Assembly (NCBI GenBank): GCA_951406725.2
Contig: OX597831.1
Span: 31,496,001 to 31,560,000 of the forward strand
Length of the DNA stretch: 64,000 nucleotides
Direction of reading: 5' to 3'
Source: Octopus vulgaris
Taxonomy: Eukaryota
Shown here one piece after another: positions 24,630-38,296 of the stretch. Below the pieces are notes generated by a model that was not told the origin of the DNA, did not search any database, and worked only from the letters and a program-made list of their open reading frames with translations. The translations under genes were made by a program, and so were the position numbers. How positions within the stretch are numbered: position 1 is the stretch's first letter; each line of letters opens with the position of its first letter.

Positions 24630-25520
24630 TTTACTATATGTCATAATTAACAGTGTTGTATATGATCTTATAGATAACTACAGTGGCATGATGGCTAACT
24701 TTGTTATCTCACTATTATATATGACGATATTATAAACTATGTTGCTTAGATATAACACAGTGAGGTAACTTTGATACCTCACTGAGTTATACATGACATG
24801 CAATGATCTTCATTATCTCGCTGTGTTATATATGTATTACATTATAAAGAGATTTATTTTACCGTGTTGTTTGTGATATAGATAGCAATAGTAACAAGAT
24901 AGTTAACAATGTTATCTCACTGTGTTATATATATTATTAAAGAACTTTATCTCACATTTTACTTTATATATATTGTTATAGGTGATTACAGTAACACCTT
25001 AGCTAGGTTTATCTCACTTTGTTATATATGATATTATAGAGTAGACAGATACATCAGCGGCAAGAAAAGTATCATATAAGCCTTACAAAAGTAAACAAAC
25101 TATAAATGTATAACACAACAGTGATGTCATTTATCAACAGAAAGTAGCAAGTAATGTTTAAAAAGGATTTGAGTCCAGCAAACAGACTTTCACTGTATTA
25201 CACATAATTCTAGGTTATTTTATAGCAGCTAAATAACTGACTTCATCTCGCTGTGTTATATGATATCCTATGTGACTATGATGGCATGATAGCTAAGCAT
25301 AATATCTTACTGTGTTATATTTGATATCATAACTAACTACAGTGGTATAATATAAGGTTGTCCCAAAAGTTCGTAGAAAGTCTTGGAAAATAATGGTCTT
25401 TATTTTGAGGAATAATTTTTGTTGTTTTTGTTAGTACTTGGCGAGTAAAAATTCAATTTTCGCAAGTGTTTACCAACTTTTGGGACAACCTAATACTTAA
25501 GTTGTGTTATCTCTCTGGGT
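24630..25520. repeat. Degenerate tandem repeat, unit about 50-70 bp (atctcactgtgttatatatgata...)
   Basis: The motif tatctcactgtgttatat recurs about 10 times. Confidence 0.75.
25353..25493. mobile_element. Mariner-type MITE (141 bp) with TA target duplication
   Basis: TIRs taaggttgtcccaaaagttcgta and taccaacttttgggacaacctaa, flanked by TA on both sides. Confidence 0.88.
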
Positions 25521-27387
25521 TGTATTCTCAAGCATTAGCACCATTTTTTTCATCCTCACTCTCACACAAATATCTGTCTTTCAGTGCATCTTAGAATCAG
25601 CTCTTTCTTGGAATCTCACTAAAATGGTACTTCCATTGCTTCCTTCTATTGTCATAAAGTTTAATATTTTTCTGGAGAAGGGGAAAGTTTAAAGAATATA
25701 TCGAGATGTCTGTGCCAACTTTGAAATGAAATCTGGTTCCATCGTTCATTTGCCAACAGCTAAAATTCCGTGTCATGTTGTTTGTTTCTTGTTTCCGTTT
25801 TCTTGGCTCAAAATGCAAACCTTGTTTGATCTTGACACTGTTTGAATATAGAATCATGAGATAGAAGAAAAACTAGACTAAATTGTCAAGAATTCTATCC
25901 AAACATTTCAACCATCTGCCAAATTCCTGTCTTTAATTGCTGCTAAATATTTTTTTTAAAGTTTTGTAGTTTGAGGGAGTGGGCAGTGACCACAGCTTTT
26001 TTTTTTTTTTTCTCCAGACTTTTATGAGCTGTGTAACAAGGTTAGTACAGTTTATTTAATTAGTGGAGGGTAGAGGTTGGAAGAGGGGTTATAAAGGGAT
26101 AAATGACTCTGGGTGAGAAGGATTGGTAGATAGTATCAGACACACACTCACACAGAGTATTGGTGTGAAGCAAGCAGTAAGATAGATGCATAGAAAGGAC
26201 TTAGATAGAAGTGTTCGTAGAATCGCTTGAGCAGATACCATTGTTGTACCATCATAAGTAACAGCAAACTGATGCAGCTCAATGTTAAAGCAAATATAGT
26301 GTTGCTGTTTGGTGTTAATACAGATCAGCCCTGATTAAGCAGATACATGCTCAAAGGCTTCCAGCCAAGTCCATCATGTCTATATTTGTTTTGCTTATGA
26401 AACAGTGGTCATTAGTGAATATTTCATTATTTAAGACTTAATAAGATTAATATTGATAATCATAAAGCTACAGATTCAACATTAGTGATAGTAAAATAAT
26501 AGTTCGTTACAGTTTCAATGTTTAGTTATCATTACGGAAATAACAGTTCATTATGTAAGTTTAAATAATAATAATAATGAGAGAAGGCAACAAGCAGATA
26601 GAATCGTTAGCATGCTGGGTAAGTGCTTAGCACTCCTCCTCCAAAATTGCTGGCCTTGTGCCAAAATTTGAAACCATTATTAATATAAGGTAACGAAGTA
26701 TAAAACTGTAGCCTGGTGCAACCTCCTGGCTTCCCAGACCCCAGTCGAACCGTCCAACCCATGCTAGCATGGAAAACAGACGTTAAACGATGATGATGAT
26801 GATGTAACAAAGCTAGTTTCAGTGCTAGTGATTGTTAGTATTTCATTTGTCAGGGACCCAGTTGAAGACCTTAATTCACAGGTCCATGTGACTCCCTTGC
26901 TACAATTAGAAAGATAAACTCTTTCTATTAAACAAATAAATATAAATAAGCTATCTGCTGTTGTTGTTGCTGATGTTGTTGTAGCTGTTGTTATGTTAAG
27001 TTAATTTTTTGGCTCAAAAAGCAAAAGCAAGGCCATGTAGGGGGACATGGAGTTATGTACAGGGAGGGTGTTCATGCAAAGAGTTCAGGCCATTTCTAGT
27101 CAAGAGAGACTTTGAACTGAGCGGTTGTCTATATAACCCCAGGTCAGTTCTAATTGAGTAGGCCTATGATCAAGACATTCCAGTTGCTTCTATCTTCTTA
27201 CCTTTCTACTCCTTCCAATCATTAGACTACTGCCATGCTGGGGCACCATCTTGAAGAATTTTTTTTTTTTTTTTTGAAGCCTGGTACTTATTTTATCAGT
27301 CCCTTTTTTTGCTGAATCACTAAGTTACTGGGACATAAACACACCAACACTGGTTGTCAAGCAGTGGGGCACAAATACACACACACA

Positions 27388-27423
<36 letters not shown>

Positions 27424-28233
27424 ACACACACATACACACACACACACACACACACAGCACAGTGTTCTGTCAGTTTCCAAATCCACTTACAAGACTTTGG
27501 TTAGCCCGAAGCTAATCGTAGAAGACACTTGCTCAAGGTGTTCATTGGGACTGAACCTGGAACCATGTGGCTGGGGAGCAACCACACAGCCATGCCTGTG
27601 TATATCCCCCCTTTTTTAAAAAAAAAAAATTCAGGACAACATTGTCTTTCTGAATGTGATATGAAGGAGATTTGGCTAGTATTTCTTGCAGATGGAGTAA
27701 ACTCCTTAAGTCAGTCTCCCTCCATTAACTCAAAAAAATCAAAAAAACAAAACAAAAAAGAAGCAAAGAAGTTAGGTGGGTGGTAAAAATCACATGCGCA
27801 GGCATGCACACACACACACAAAGGTTAAAAATGTAGAGGTGTGGAATAATGCGACATTTGGAACGATGTAGTGAATTGTCTGTCTGTTTGCCTCTCTGGC
27901 AGCTAACATTTCTTCCAGTATTTCATCAACTACACTCTCCAATTTCAATTAATTTTCTCTTACCCTATCCAACACACATATATAAACACACACACACACA
28001 CACAGAAAATAGATATATCCCTCTCCCTCTCTCTCTTTCGGAGAGGCACTGAGCAGCTATACGCACACATACACACACGGCAGTAACTTCCACCTACCGA
28101 ATTCAATCACAAAGCTCCAGTCGGCTCAGGGCTATAGTGGAAGACACCTACCCAAAGTGCCACGCAGTGGGACTGAACCCGAAACCATGTAGCTAGGAAG
28201 CAAGCTCCCTAACCACACAGCCATGCCCGCACC

Positions 28234-28269
<36 letters not shown>

Positions 28270-29276
28270 TACTCACACACAAAAAAGTATATATATATAC
28301 ATACACATATAAATATGTATTCTGGGTTCAATCCCACTGCATTCCAAGTGCCTTGAGCTAGCTAATGCCTTGTGAGTGTATTTGGTCGATGGAAACTGTG
28401 TGGAAGCCTGTTGTATCTATGTGTGTGCATAATTGCTTTACTGATAGCAGTAGGGCCCTATGACATATTTCTAATGGCAATATATACAGGAAGGGCATCC
28501 AGCCATAGAAACCATGTCAAAGCAGACAGTGGAGCCTGGCACAGTTCCTGTCAACTCATCCAACCCATGCCAGCGGTGGAGAGTGGATGTTAAATGATGA
28601 TGATCAGCATCATATATCATCATTATTGTTGTCATTTAATGTCCAATTTCCCATGTTTGCATGGGTCAGATGGAATTCATTGAGATGGATTTTCTACAGC
28701 TGGGTGCCCTTCCTGTTGCCAAATCTCATCTGTTTCCAAGCAAGGAATATTTCCCCATGGCTGCATGTGCTTTCACAGAATAGGGAAAACAAACCACCCC
28801 ACTTGTATGATAGTGGCATTTGTTCAGAACTAGTGTGAAATGGCAAAACATGGAGACACAAGCACACACACACACTTGCACATATACACACTGAAGCTCA
28901 AAAGAGCTTGTGTTTATATACACACTCACATGTGCACTCAAAACCCACTTTTTTCAGTTTCCATCTATGAAATCGTTCTCAAAGCTTTAATCAACCCAGT
29001 GGAAAGACACTTGCTGCAGGTGCTTCACAGTGGATCTGAACCCAAAATATTACATGGCTACAAACAAGACTTCTCAACCACATAATCGTGTGTGTGAGTG
29101 TATGTGTGGGGGTGTACCTTTATAGAACATGAGTCTTATTTGTAACAGTTGTTGTTTAATCCAGGTCTGTCTGTGTCAAGCAGGCTTTTCTTTTTTCATC
29201 TTTTCATCAGGAGGGTATTGAGCGCCTATGACCATCCCCTCCTTAAAGTGGCAAGCCATGACCATCTCCTCCTTAA

Positions 29277-29619
29277 GGTGGCAAGCTGGCAGAAATGTTA
29301 GCACGCCGGGTGAAATGCTTTCGTCTGTGTTTATGTTCTGAGTTCAAATTTACCCAAGTTTGACTTTGCCTTTCATCCTTTTGGGGTTGATAAATTAAGT
29401 ACCAGTTGTGTACTAGGGTCAATCTAATCAACTGGCCCCCTCCCCCAAAATTTCGGGCTTTGTGCTTAGAGTAGAAAAGAATATTTCTATCCCGGAGTGG
29501 GGCTTGGGTAGCTGTCTCATCCTCATTTGTACAAATCCATGTCATTCATTTTTCATGTTATATGTCCCCACATTTTGTTTGTCTCCACTTCGTGGCCCCT
29601 TGTGGGTGATAAAATATCA
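29277..29619 (+). mobile_element. SINE family B variant with target-site duplication
   Basis: gaccatcycctcctta at 29260-29275 and 29620-29635. The 5' junction is additionally duplicated in tandem (29228-29287). Confidence 0.7.
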
Positions 29620-30407
29620 GACCATCCCCTCCTTATTTAGACAAAGTTTATCCAGGATTACACTTATTCAACATATTGATCTAATCTTAATACAACTGTA
29701 TATGGTTTGTGAGAATTTTTGGCTGCTATTTCTAACAAATGAAGTGTTCTTAAACAGAAGTGTTGACATACTGGGCAGAGGAAAAGTTCTGTTAATTTCA
29801 GTAATGTCAACTCGTGCTTGTATTTCATATTCTATGATTAAAATTGTGTTTTTCACAGTAATAATCCCACCAAACATCCTGTTCCGTATTTTTCTACAGG
29901 GATTTTTGAAGCAGGCGGGAGGAGTGCAGTCACAACTTGATAAGTGGGGAAATTTTTTGTTTTGGTTTTTCGTTCTTTCTCCCCCGCCCCCCCACCACCA
30001 CCACTTTCGGAATGTTATTAAGCAGCATCACCACTTCCACCATCAGTTTTATTGTTGTTGTTACTGCTGTTGTTGTTCTCTGGTTTTCCAGTGACACAAG
30101 CTGTAATTTGCAACGGGAGGGGTCGTAATTAATCACTTATTAACAAAGTTGTTTGTTTGCGAAATATGTCTGTGTACACCACCCTTAGATATGCATAAAG
30201 AAATAGACTAATAAATACAAAATAAATATAAACAAATAAATAAATTCAATTTTTTGGCTTATAATTGGCTGACATTACTAAGTGACTCAAAAGCTGATAG
30301 TTTCGTGTACTACGAAACCTACATATTTACACACACATACACGTGTGTATACATATATATGTGCATATACATACATGTATGTGTATGTATCAGTGTGTGT
30401 GTTTTCA

Positions 30408-30438
<31 letters not shown>

Positions 30439-30444
30439 TACATT

Positions 30445-30794
30445 GCTTACCAACCAGGTTCAATCCCACTGCATGACACTTTAAGCAAGTATCTTCTACT
30501 ATAACCTTGGGCCGACCAAAGCCTTGTGAGTGGATTTGGTAGACAGAAACTGAAAGAAGCCCGTCATATATGTGTGTGTGTGTGTGTGTGTGTCTGTCTG
30601 TGTTTGTATCCCCCCCAACATCACTTGATATGCAATGCTGGTGTGTTTACATCACCGTAACTTAGCAGTTCGGTAAAAAGAGACCTATAGAATAAGTACT
30701 AGGCTTAAAAAAAGAATAAGTCCTGGGGTCGATTTGTTCGACTAAAAGGCGGTGCTCCAGCATGGCTGCAGTCAAATGACCCAAACAAATAAAA

Positions 30795-30796
<2 letters not shown>
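30445..30796 (+). mobile_element. SINE family A
   Basis: High similarity to 9587-9993. Further copies lie near 5663, 8930, 22540, 27205, 28078, 41208, 48845 and 58955. Confidence 0.8.
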
Positions 30797-30892
<96 letters not shown>

Positions 30893-31335
30893 TTTCTCAT
30901 GATGAAATGTAAATTTTATATGGCAATGAAGAAGAGGTAAAAGAGAAGTGGGGGGGGGTATAGCGGAAAAATCATTTTTATTTTTGCATTTGAGAGTAGG
31001 ACCATGGTTTGCAGTGGTGGTGGTGGTGGGGATATCCGAAAAAAAGTAACAGGAATTTCCTCGCATCGAACAAACTACAAAGTATATTCTCTCTATATGT
31101 ATATATATGTACTGTCCTTGATATACATAATTTCGTGTGTGTGTGTGTATAATTATATACATACATGGATAAATAACCATGATATCCTGTTTCCTATGGA
31201 ACACTAGCAGTGTTTGTGGCGGTGGAGTGGGGGAGATATCCTGAATTCTTCTCTTTCGCAATATTTTACTCCCCCTCCCTTCCCAATCTACTCTAGGAAA
31301 TTAGAAAAAAATACATAAAATTGAGATGAACTTAC

Positions 31336-31669
31336 ACCACACCAGAATCCTGTTCAGAAAGTATGATTGCTTTGTTTGTTTCTTTCTTTCTCTCTTTTTT
31401 TTCGTTTGTTTCTATTTATAGTCATGTACTTTTTTTTTTATTTTTTTTTTTTATTGTTTTGTCTCAATGGGTCTCGTGACGAAACAGTTCCGTTTTGGTT
31501 TCGTTCTAATGTTGAATTCACTTGAATTCTCTTCAGTATTAGCATATCAGCTTCTTCGGGACGGATTACTGTCTCCTTCGTCTCTTTGCAGAGTGGTCAG
31601 TCCTGTATAGAAAGACGCCACTGGCAAAGAGCGTATTCTACAATTTGATCTCGTGATTTTTGTCGGCCC

Positions 31670-31710
<41 letters not shown>

Positions 31711-32050
31711 TATATATATAGGATACAATTTTTGGATCTTTTAATCATTACATTATGAAAATTCACTTTGCAAAAAAGGTAACAAGGAATATATATATTT
31801 TTTTTATTCAATTTTGCTTGTTTTTTAGATTCTGTTTTATTATATTTTCTTTCCATATTAATTTAATTTTTCAAAATATTTCTGTCAAAATATTTTTTAA
31901 GTTTTCTCTTTTTTTTTTTTAATTTCTTGATAATTCCACTTCTTGTAGTTAAAAGATTTTGTGAGAAATTTTTTCTGTTTCACATGGAATTTGTTAGCTT
32001 TAGTGGAACATTCTTTGTAGAATGACCAACTCATGTTGATGACTCTTAAT
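31336..32050. promoter_or_regulatory. Candidate bidirectional promoter / 5' UTR region
   Basis: Locally CpG-retaining unique sequence at 31465-31670 lies between a minus-strand GTAAGT donor (31330-31335) and a plus-strand ATG/GTAAGT (32569-32583). Confidence 0.35.
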
Positions 32051-32568
32051 TAATGAAGAATATATCTGTGTTAAATTATCTTGAACACCTGACTGACATC
32101 CGAATTCTCAATTACAGACCAAGATTCAGTTTTGGGGAAAGTTTCAAAGAATTATTTTGGAATTCTTTTATTTTTTTAAACTATCATATTGGGTTTTTGT
32201 CCTTATATTTTCAAAAATTAGACTGGACAGTTGTTTTAAATTCTTCTACATTTTAAAAACATTTTTTTTTTGTTTGATGTTTATTTAAGTATTTTCAAAA
32301 AAAAAACGGGGCTCAACATAGAAACATTCTCATATTTAGAGCAGGGATTCCCCCTCAACCTATATCTCGGTTAAACATGCTGACTGCCTCATTGAGGTCA
32401 ACTTTACCCTTCACCCTTCCTAGGCCAGTAAAATAACGATTAAAGTGTTACCTTCTGGAAGTGGATTTTTTGGGGCTGCACCTTAGAAAGCTGTAACCCA
32501 TGAATGACCACAGTCCAGTGAGTCAAATCAATGATAATCATTTTCTGTTACTATTAAATTTCATAAAG

Positions 32569-32577
32569 ATGTCCTCT
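32569..32577 (+). CDS. Rgl: Candidate first coding segment of the RGL gene (MSS)
   Basis: aagATG TCC TCT is followed by a consensus GTAAGT donor in phase 0, compatible with the phase-0 acceptor at 48056. It is preceded by about 600 nt of non-repetitive UTR-like sequence. This is inference only. Confidence 0.45.
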
Positions 32578-33071
32578 GTAAGTGGGAGCAATTGTGATTG
32601 ATTAGGATAGTTGAAAGAGTGGAAGAGTGATAGAGGGGTGGAGAGGGAGAGAGTACACTACTCCGTAGTTCCAGGGTGGAAACTCTCATATCACAATAAG
32701 TGACTAATATTATTTTTTATTCAATTATATATTTTTTGTTGAATTCTTTTTAATTACTTTTTTCTCTTCATATTGATTTAATTTTTTTCATCTTTTCAAA
32801 AATATTTTCTTGTTGAAATTTTTTTATTTTTGGTAGGGATGGGTTGTTATTTAATAACTTGTTAAACTGGACTGGGCTGCTAAGCTTAAGGGCATAACAC
32901 TTTTAATTTATGTATTTAAAGATTCCTCAAGACATGTTTCTCTTTTACTTTAAGGAGCACTTATGGAACTTTAGGAAATTCCACAAGTGGTTCTTAGAAT
33001 GAAAGACTGTGATGCAACAAACACATTGGTGGGTGAAACAAATCAAAGACTGAAGGGCAGGGTGTGGAGGA

Positions 33072-33110
<39 letters not shown>

Positions 33111-33458
33111 TCCATCCTCTCTAACACCCTGATGTATATATCAACATTTAGCATGTTTTCCATGCTGGCATGGGTTGAACAGTTTGACAGGAGCTGACAA
33201 GCCAGCGTTTGCATGCATGTATGTGTGTGTAATCTATCATCTATGTTCTGTGTCCAGTCTACCAGTCGAATTCCCTGCTGGTCCCTCTGGTCAGGATGAC
33301 TCTCCATTATGGTTCCATGTCTCTCTTTTCCTGCTGTTCCCTCACCCTTAGTCCAACCTTCTCATCTCCCTTGCTCTTCTAAATACCACCACCATATTAC
33401 TTTCACATTTGAATCACTTTTAATATCTTTATTGGCTATATTGCTATCATTACTCGAA

Positions 33459-33537
<79 letters not shown>

Positions 33538-33759
33538 ATGTATATATACACAAGAGTTACAGAATGGAGTATGGGAAATCCAGGCTACATATGTTTCATA
33601 GCAAGTGGAACCTCAGAGGTGGTAAAATCCAAGTGAGGTGTATACCACCAGCTACTCTTCAGGCCAAACATATCTTGATTAGATTAAAGGCTACATTGTC
33701 ACAAGGAGGTACATATTGACGCAAAGAGGATTCAATCAGAATATGTGGCTGGCACAGTA

Positions 33760-33800
<41 letters not shown>

Positions 33801-33819
33801 CCACACATGCACACACATT

Positions 33820-34050
33820 TTTATTTAATTTACTTTGTGGGAGTAACTGTTTTATCGAAAGCGCATATTGTTGTTAAATACTCGGAATACGAGACTAGAA
33901 AAACAGCCAACAACTGATGAAGGGTCGTTCTTTATGTTTATTTTGTTTTCCATTTGTGTCTTTCATTGTTCGAAAGTATAGTTCATATTCCATGTACTCA
34001 TGCTCCGTACTTTTTTGTTGTACACGTTCTGTGACATCCTGTGCCCACAT
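33820..34050 (+). mobile_element. Short TA-embedded element, Penelope-terminal-like
   Basis: Complex sequence between (TA)n tracts containing GAAAGCGCATA and CTGATGAAGGG. Confidence 0.35.
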
Positions 34051-34051
34051 A

Positions 34052-34091
<40 letters not shown>

Positions 34092-34594
34092 CACGTATAG
34101 ATATAAGTATGTACATATACATGTGCATATATATATACATATAAATATATATTGTTTATATTACATATATATGTATATATATATATATATATATTAGCGT
34201 AAGGGCGTCCACATAGTGGATTCTCTCTCATATTTGTATATATATATGTATGTATATATGTGTAATGAGTGTGTATGTCAAGAGAGAGGATAAAAGAGAT
34301 GTTAGAGATGTTTGTGAAAGTGTATGTGTGGAGTTTATAGTGTGTTTGTATGTGTGTGCTGATGTAATTCAAAATGCGTCTAGCTATGAATTGCTTGGTT
34401 TGTTTGTGTGTCAGTATGTGTGTGTCTGAATATGAGTGTGTAGATATTTGTTCTTGGGTATCTGTGTATGTATGCATGTGCCATCTAAAGTGTGTGGATG
34501 CGTGTGTGTGTGTGTAAGTGTGCTCTTAAAATTCTGTTAAATACACACACCCAATTCTGGACATCTCTCACCTAATTTTTTTAGATAGATAGAT

Positions 34595-34668
<74 letters not shown>

Positions 34669-36616
34669 AGTCACAAGAGAAAGAGAACAGCATGTGACAT
34701 AGGTCATTTCCTTCTTTTCAGTTAAGTGAAACTTAATGACACACACACTCTCTTACATACATACATACATACGCGCGAGCGTGCGCACACACACTCTTAC
34801 ATACATGCATACTCACATACACGTGCGTGCATACATACATACATACATACATACCAACCAGGGGTGGTTCTTGGTGCTTAAGTCAGAGCCTGCAATATTA
34901 GATATCAAAAGCCATATAGTTGTAGTCGGGGTACAACATATACCATGTATAAACCAACCCTCTTTCCGCTACTGCTCATGACAAATTAAAGATTTATATT
35001 AAAATTTGATTTGTTATTTGCCTTCATTTACACACACAATCACGAATACTCACACAAGCACGTGCACATGAGCTATATATTTTCATACATAGAGAAAGTA
35101 ATCTATTTTTTTCCCAGAATAGATAGAAAGCCATATGGAAGTGTGAAACATGTCACTAGTGCTGATGATGGAATTTTATTTAATTATCTGTTGCTTATCC
35201 ATTTGATGTTGTTGTTATTATTATTATTATTATTGACTGTATTCCACCATAATCTTGTTGCCAAATGTCACCTGGTAACATTTTCAGTGACTGTTTTCAG
35301 AGATGAGATGCTGCCCTCTCTCTCTCTCATAAGGAACTTTTTAATTATAACTTTCCGTGAATACGCAAGCTGATGTGGGAAGCTTATGTGGCATCAATCA
35401 ACTTGCTAGAAATAGCAAACAGGTCTATCTGAAATTAGAACCTACTTCTTTAAGGAAGGAAGGAAGGAAGGACACATTGGATAATGCAGACTTCAAAACA
35501 GTCTGTCTGAGTAAAAGGTAGATTGTCAGAGATAAAATGAATTTCCTCATTGGTCTGCTGGAAAGGGGCCAACTTAGACCAAAAATATTCTACCTTGTTT
35601 TGCATTCAAACTGGCTAGATCTTGCCTGTCACACCTACCCTACAATGGAACAGATACCTGCCGATATACTGGGGCCGATGTAATCAACTAACTCCCTCTC
35701 CATAAAGTTACTGATAGTGAATCCAAATTTGAAGCCATTATTTGGTCTATGGAGAGTACGAACAAAGTACAACACACTGTACCCCAGTGTGGTGCCTACT
35801 TACAGCTAGGTGGACTGGGTCCATTGGCAATTATGAGTTTTGATCATTGACACAATGTGGTGAACTATATTACAAGCTGTCCAACCCATGCCAGCATGGA
35901 TAATGGATACTAAATGATGATGATGATGTTATGTCCATCATGCTGCTGATTCTGTCCATTAAAAGTGAATTTTACTGTGTTTTAATGGCAATAGTCTATC
36001 AATTTTAATGGCTTCCTTTAAACCCCATTATAAAATCTTATTAGCACCAATCATAAACAGAAGTCGATGAGACAGACTAACCCCTCCCCTCAAAAATTAC
36101 TGACCTTGTGCCTGAACAAAAGTGAATATAACCATATGTATGTGTGTGTGTGTGTGTATAACTGCATGTTTGTGAGTAAACTGTGTATTTTTGAGGTAGG
36201 TACACTGATTCTCCCATAATGAAATTGTTAAAACCAAATTCTTTATTCTTTCCTCATCTCTTCTGCCACATTTCCACAGAGAATGGTTTCTGAAGATGGA
36301 GAATGAAAACCAGGTGGATTCTTCAGTTTCTGTTGGGATTTTTGGTTTTTATTTTGTTGCAACAAAAACCAAAACAAATAGCAGGAAGAGGGGCAGGGTG
36401 GGGCAGTTAGAAACTGACTTATAGCTTCAAATTGAGAAAAATTTAGAATTAAGGTCAATAGGCTTTTGCTTGAACTATTATTTGAAGAGCAGGAGGGAGA
36501 GGAAAAAAAATTGATCATTATTGATCGATCAGTCGATTGATTGGTTTGGTGGAACCTGTCACAATTGAATCAGTCAACCATTTATGTTACATCAATTAAT
36601 ATTCTATCTTATTAAA

Positions 36617-37119
36617 GGCAATGAGCTGTCAGAATCATTAGCATGCCGGGCAAAATGTTTAGTTGTGTTTCATCTGTGTTTACATTCTGAGTTCAAATTC
36701 TGCTGAGGACGACTTTGCTTTTCATCTTCTCATGGTCAATAAACTAAATACCAGTTGAATACTGGGGTCAATGTAATCAACTTATCTCCTCCACCAAAAT
36801 TGCTGGCCTTGTGCCAACTTTTGAAATCAACATTCAGTCTTATTCATTTGCACCCTGCCTCAGCTCACTACCTTAATAATAATAATAATAATAATAATAA
36901 TCCTTTCTACTACAGTCATAAGGTTTGAAATTTGGGGGAGGGTTTAAGTCACTTACGTTGACCCCAGTACACAACTGGTACTTATTTTATCGACCCCCCC
37001 CCCCCCCCGAAAGGATGAAAGGTAAAGTCAATCCGGGTGGAATTTGAACTCAGAATGTAAAGACAGACAAAGTACCACTAAGCATTTTATCCTGTGTGCT
37101 AACAGTTCTGCCAGCTTAC
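36617..37119. mobile_element. Two SINE family B copies in inverted orientation (36617-36830 +, 36900-37119 -)
   Basis: Both align to 6360-6530 and are separated by about 70 nt including (AAT)n. Confidence 0.75.
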
Positions 37120-37120
37120 C

Positions 37121-37151
<31 letters not shown>

Positions 37152-37297
37152 TAATAATAATCTGAAAGCATTTTGGGTTCCATGTCATTTCCTGCATGTC
37201 TTTTGCTTTTATATATTTCATTATTAGTTTTCTCTTTTGGATATTTCAAATTCTTCGTGATATTCCCATCCAATCCAGACCAGCATGGATGGCGTCT

Positions 37298-37333
<36 letters not shown>

Positions 37334-37655
37334 GGGACAGATGTTAATTTGGTGATTATGGTGATAGTGATTACAATTGTGGTTATGGTAATGATGATTA
37401 TGATGGTGGCTCTAATGACTATAGTTGTGGTGGTGGTGATGATGGTGATGGCTGCAATGATTACAATTGTGATGGTGGTGGTGATGATGATGTAAATACT
37501 ATGATTGACTGTTCTGTCTGTTTGTATGTCTATCCATCCATCCATCTACCTTCCTAATTAATTAAGTAATCAGATTCAGTCATTCTGATGTTTAACTCTT
37601 GTGTTTAGTTAGCATTCAGTTTGGTATTCAGCTGTTATACGGAACACTAAACTGA

Positions 37656-37686
<31 letters not shown>

Positions 37687-38259
37687 TGTAGCCAAGTGGT
37701 GAAGAAGCTCACTTTATAAACATCTGACTTAGCAACTTGGCAAAAGAAGACCAATAGAGTGAGTACCAGACTTCAAAAAATATGTCCTGGGGTCGATTTG
37801 TTTGACTAAACCCTTCAATGCAGTACCAGCATGGCTGCAGTCCAATGACTGAAACATGTAAAAGATAGAAGATATGTTACATTTGAAATTTTCTAATTAA
37901 AATTCAGTGATTAATAAAATTTAACTATCAGCAATTAGTTTTTATCAAAAGTATAAAACTGATATTTAGTTAGTGCTTAGTTTGTTCTGAGTCTTCAGTA
38001 CACATTTTTATGAAACTAAATGGAATATTGTGATGATGGTGTGTCGTTGCCTCTGATAGCATTCATCCAAACTTGGTCACCGCCATTATACAGAAACCTC
38101 TCATCTTTTATATAAGTAGATGCGTTGTGTATTTTACACACACACACTCACCCTCTCTCTTTCTTTCTCTCTCAAAGACACACGCACTCATAAGTGTCTT
38201 TTTGTAAGCCTATGTGGATGTATATGTATGTGAATGTGCTTATGTATGTAAGTATATAT

Positions 38260-38296
<37 letters not shown>

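Noticed and set aside
29462-30094. 210-aa ORF
   Set aside because: It starts inside a SINE, runs through low-complexity sequence and has no recognisable motif.
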